Source: Mytilus edulis (lineage: Eukaryota). Taken from it: a stretch of 64,000 nucleotides of DNA. The stretch lies in contig NC_092349.1 in assembly GCF_963676685.1 (NCBI RefSeq), positions 7,874,001 through 7,938,000 on the forward strand, read 5' to 3'. Shown here piece by piece: positions 63,595-64,000 of this stretch; position 1 is the stretch's first letter, and each line of letters begins with the position of its first letter. Under the pieces are notes generated by a model that was given only the letters and a program-made list of their open reading frames with translations, made no database searches and was not told where the DNA came from. Made by a program: the position numbers and the translations under genes.

Positions 63595-64000
63595 AGGTAG
63601 CAATACACAGTTAGGAGTTTAGTTTCGCATTTTGGCCCCTGTGGATTTTTCAAATAGGAAAGTTATTGTGTAATAAAATTCATTTTTAGACAGATGAGTG
63701 CTAATTTAGCCTTCAAAGATGGTTTATAAGTGCATCAAGATTATTTTTTACATGTTTTATGGGCTGTTTTCTGTTTGACAATCCGTATTTTCATAGCTAG
63801 ACCGGCCATCGGTCCAGAAATTAATGTACTGTTTACAAACACTCTTTTTCTACGCGAAGTTTTTGACGCAATTTTACAAAAAAATGAGACGAAAGACATA
63901 TGATTTTCATTGGATTTGCTGAATGATATATGTACACAGTTTCAGAAAAGGTATTAATTCAAGCGATTGAAATTCTACTTTTAGCCAAATTTTGGGGGGA
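63595..64000. mobile_element. Same MITE, copy 2 (runs off the window)
   Basis: Apparently identical to copy 1 over the 406 bp visible, with a different left flank. Confidence 0.9.

Overview
AT-rich eukaryotic genomic DNA with spliceosomal introns. The gene families and repeat landscape point to a bivalve, probably a Mytilus-like mussel (inference). Host genes: (1) a cytosolic sulfotransferase on + (five coding exons found, 19972-26365; start codon not located); (2) a convergent secreted tyrosinase-like gene on - (41553-29989) that has lost two of six copper-binding His, has two in-frame deletions and carries a frameshifted ~1.7 kb Gly/His/Asp tandem-repeat domain; (3) four decaying RING-less B-box/coiled-coil/beta-propeller (TRIM-like) copies. 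The rest is nested mobile DNA: an Academ-type (transposase + XPG + Cys-rich) relic, an intron-containing Crypton-type relic nested in another hairpin-ended element, a young 5'-truncated L1/Tx1 LINE with poly(A) and a 16-bp TSD, two Tc1 relics, Penelope-like RT relics, many MITEs and two satellites. The ORF track misses a non-coding system: at least five minimal type I hammerhead ribozyme motifs in retrozyme-type repeats, including a head-to-tail pair 310 nt apart. No rRNA, tRNA gene or CRISPR array was seen. Coordinates were read by eye, and boundaries of decayed repeats are approximate.
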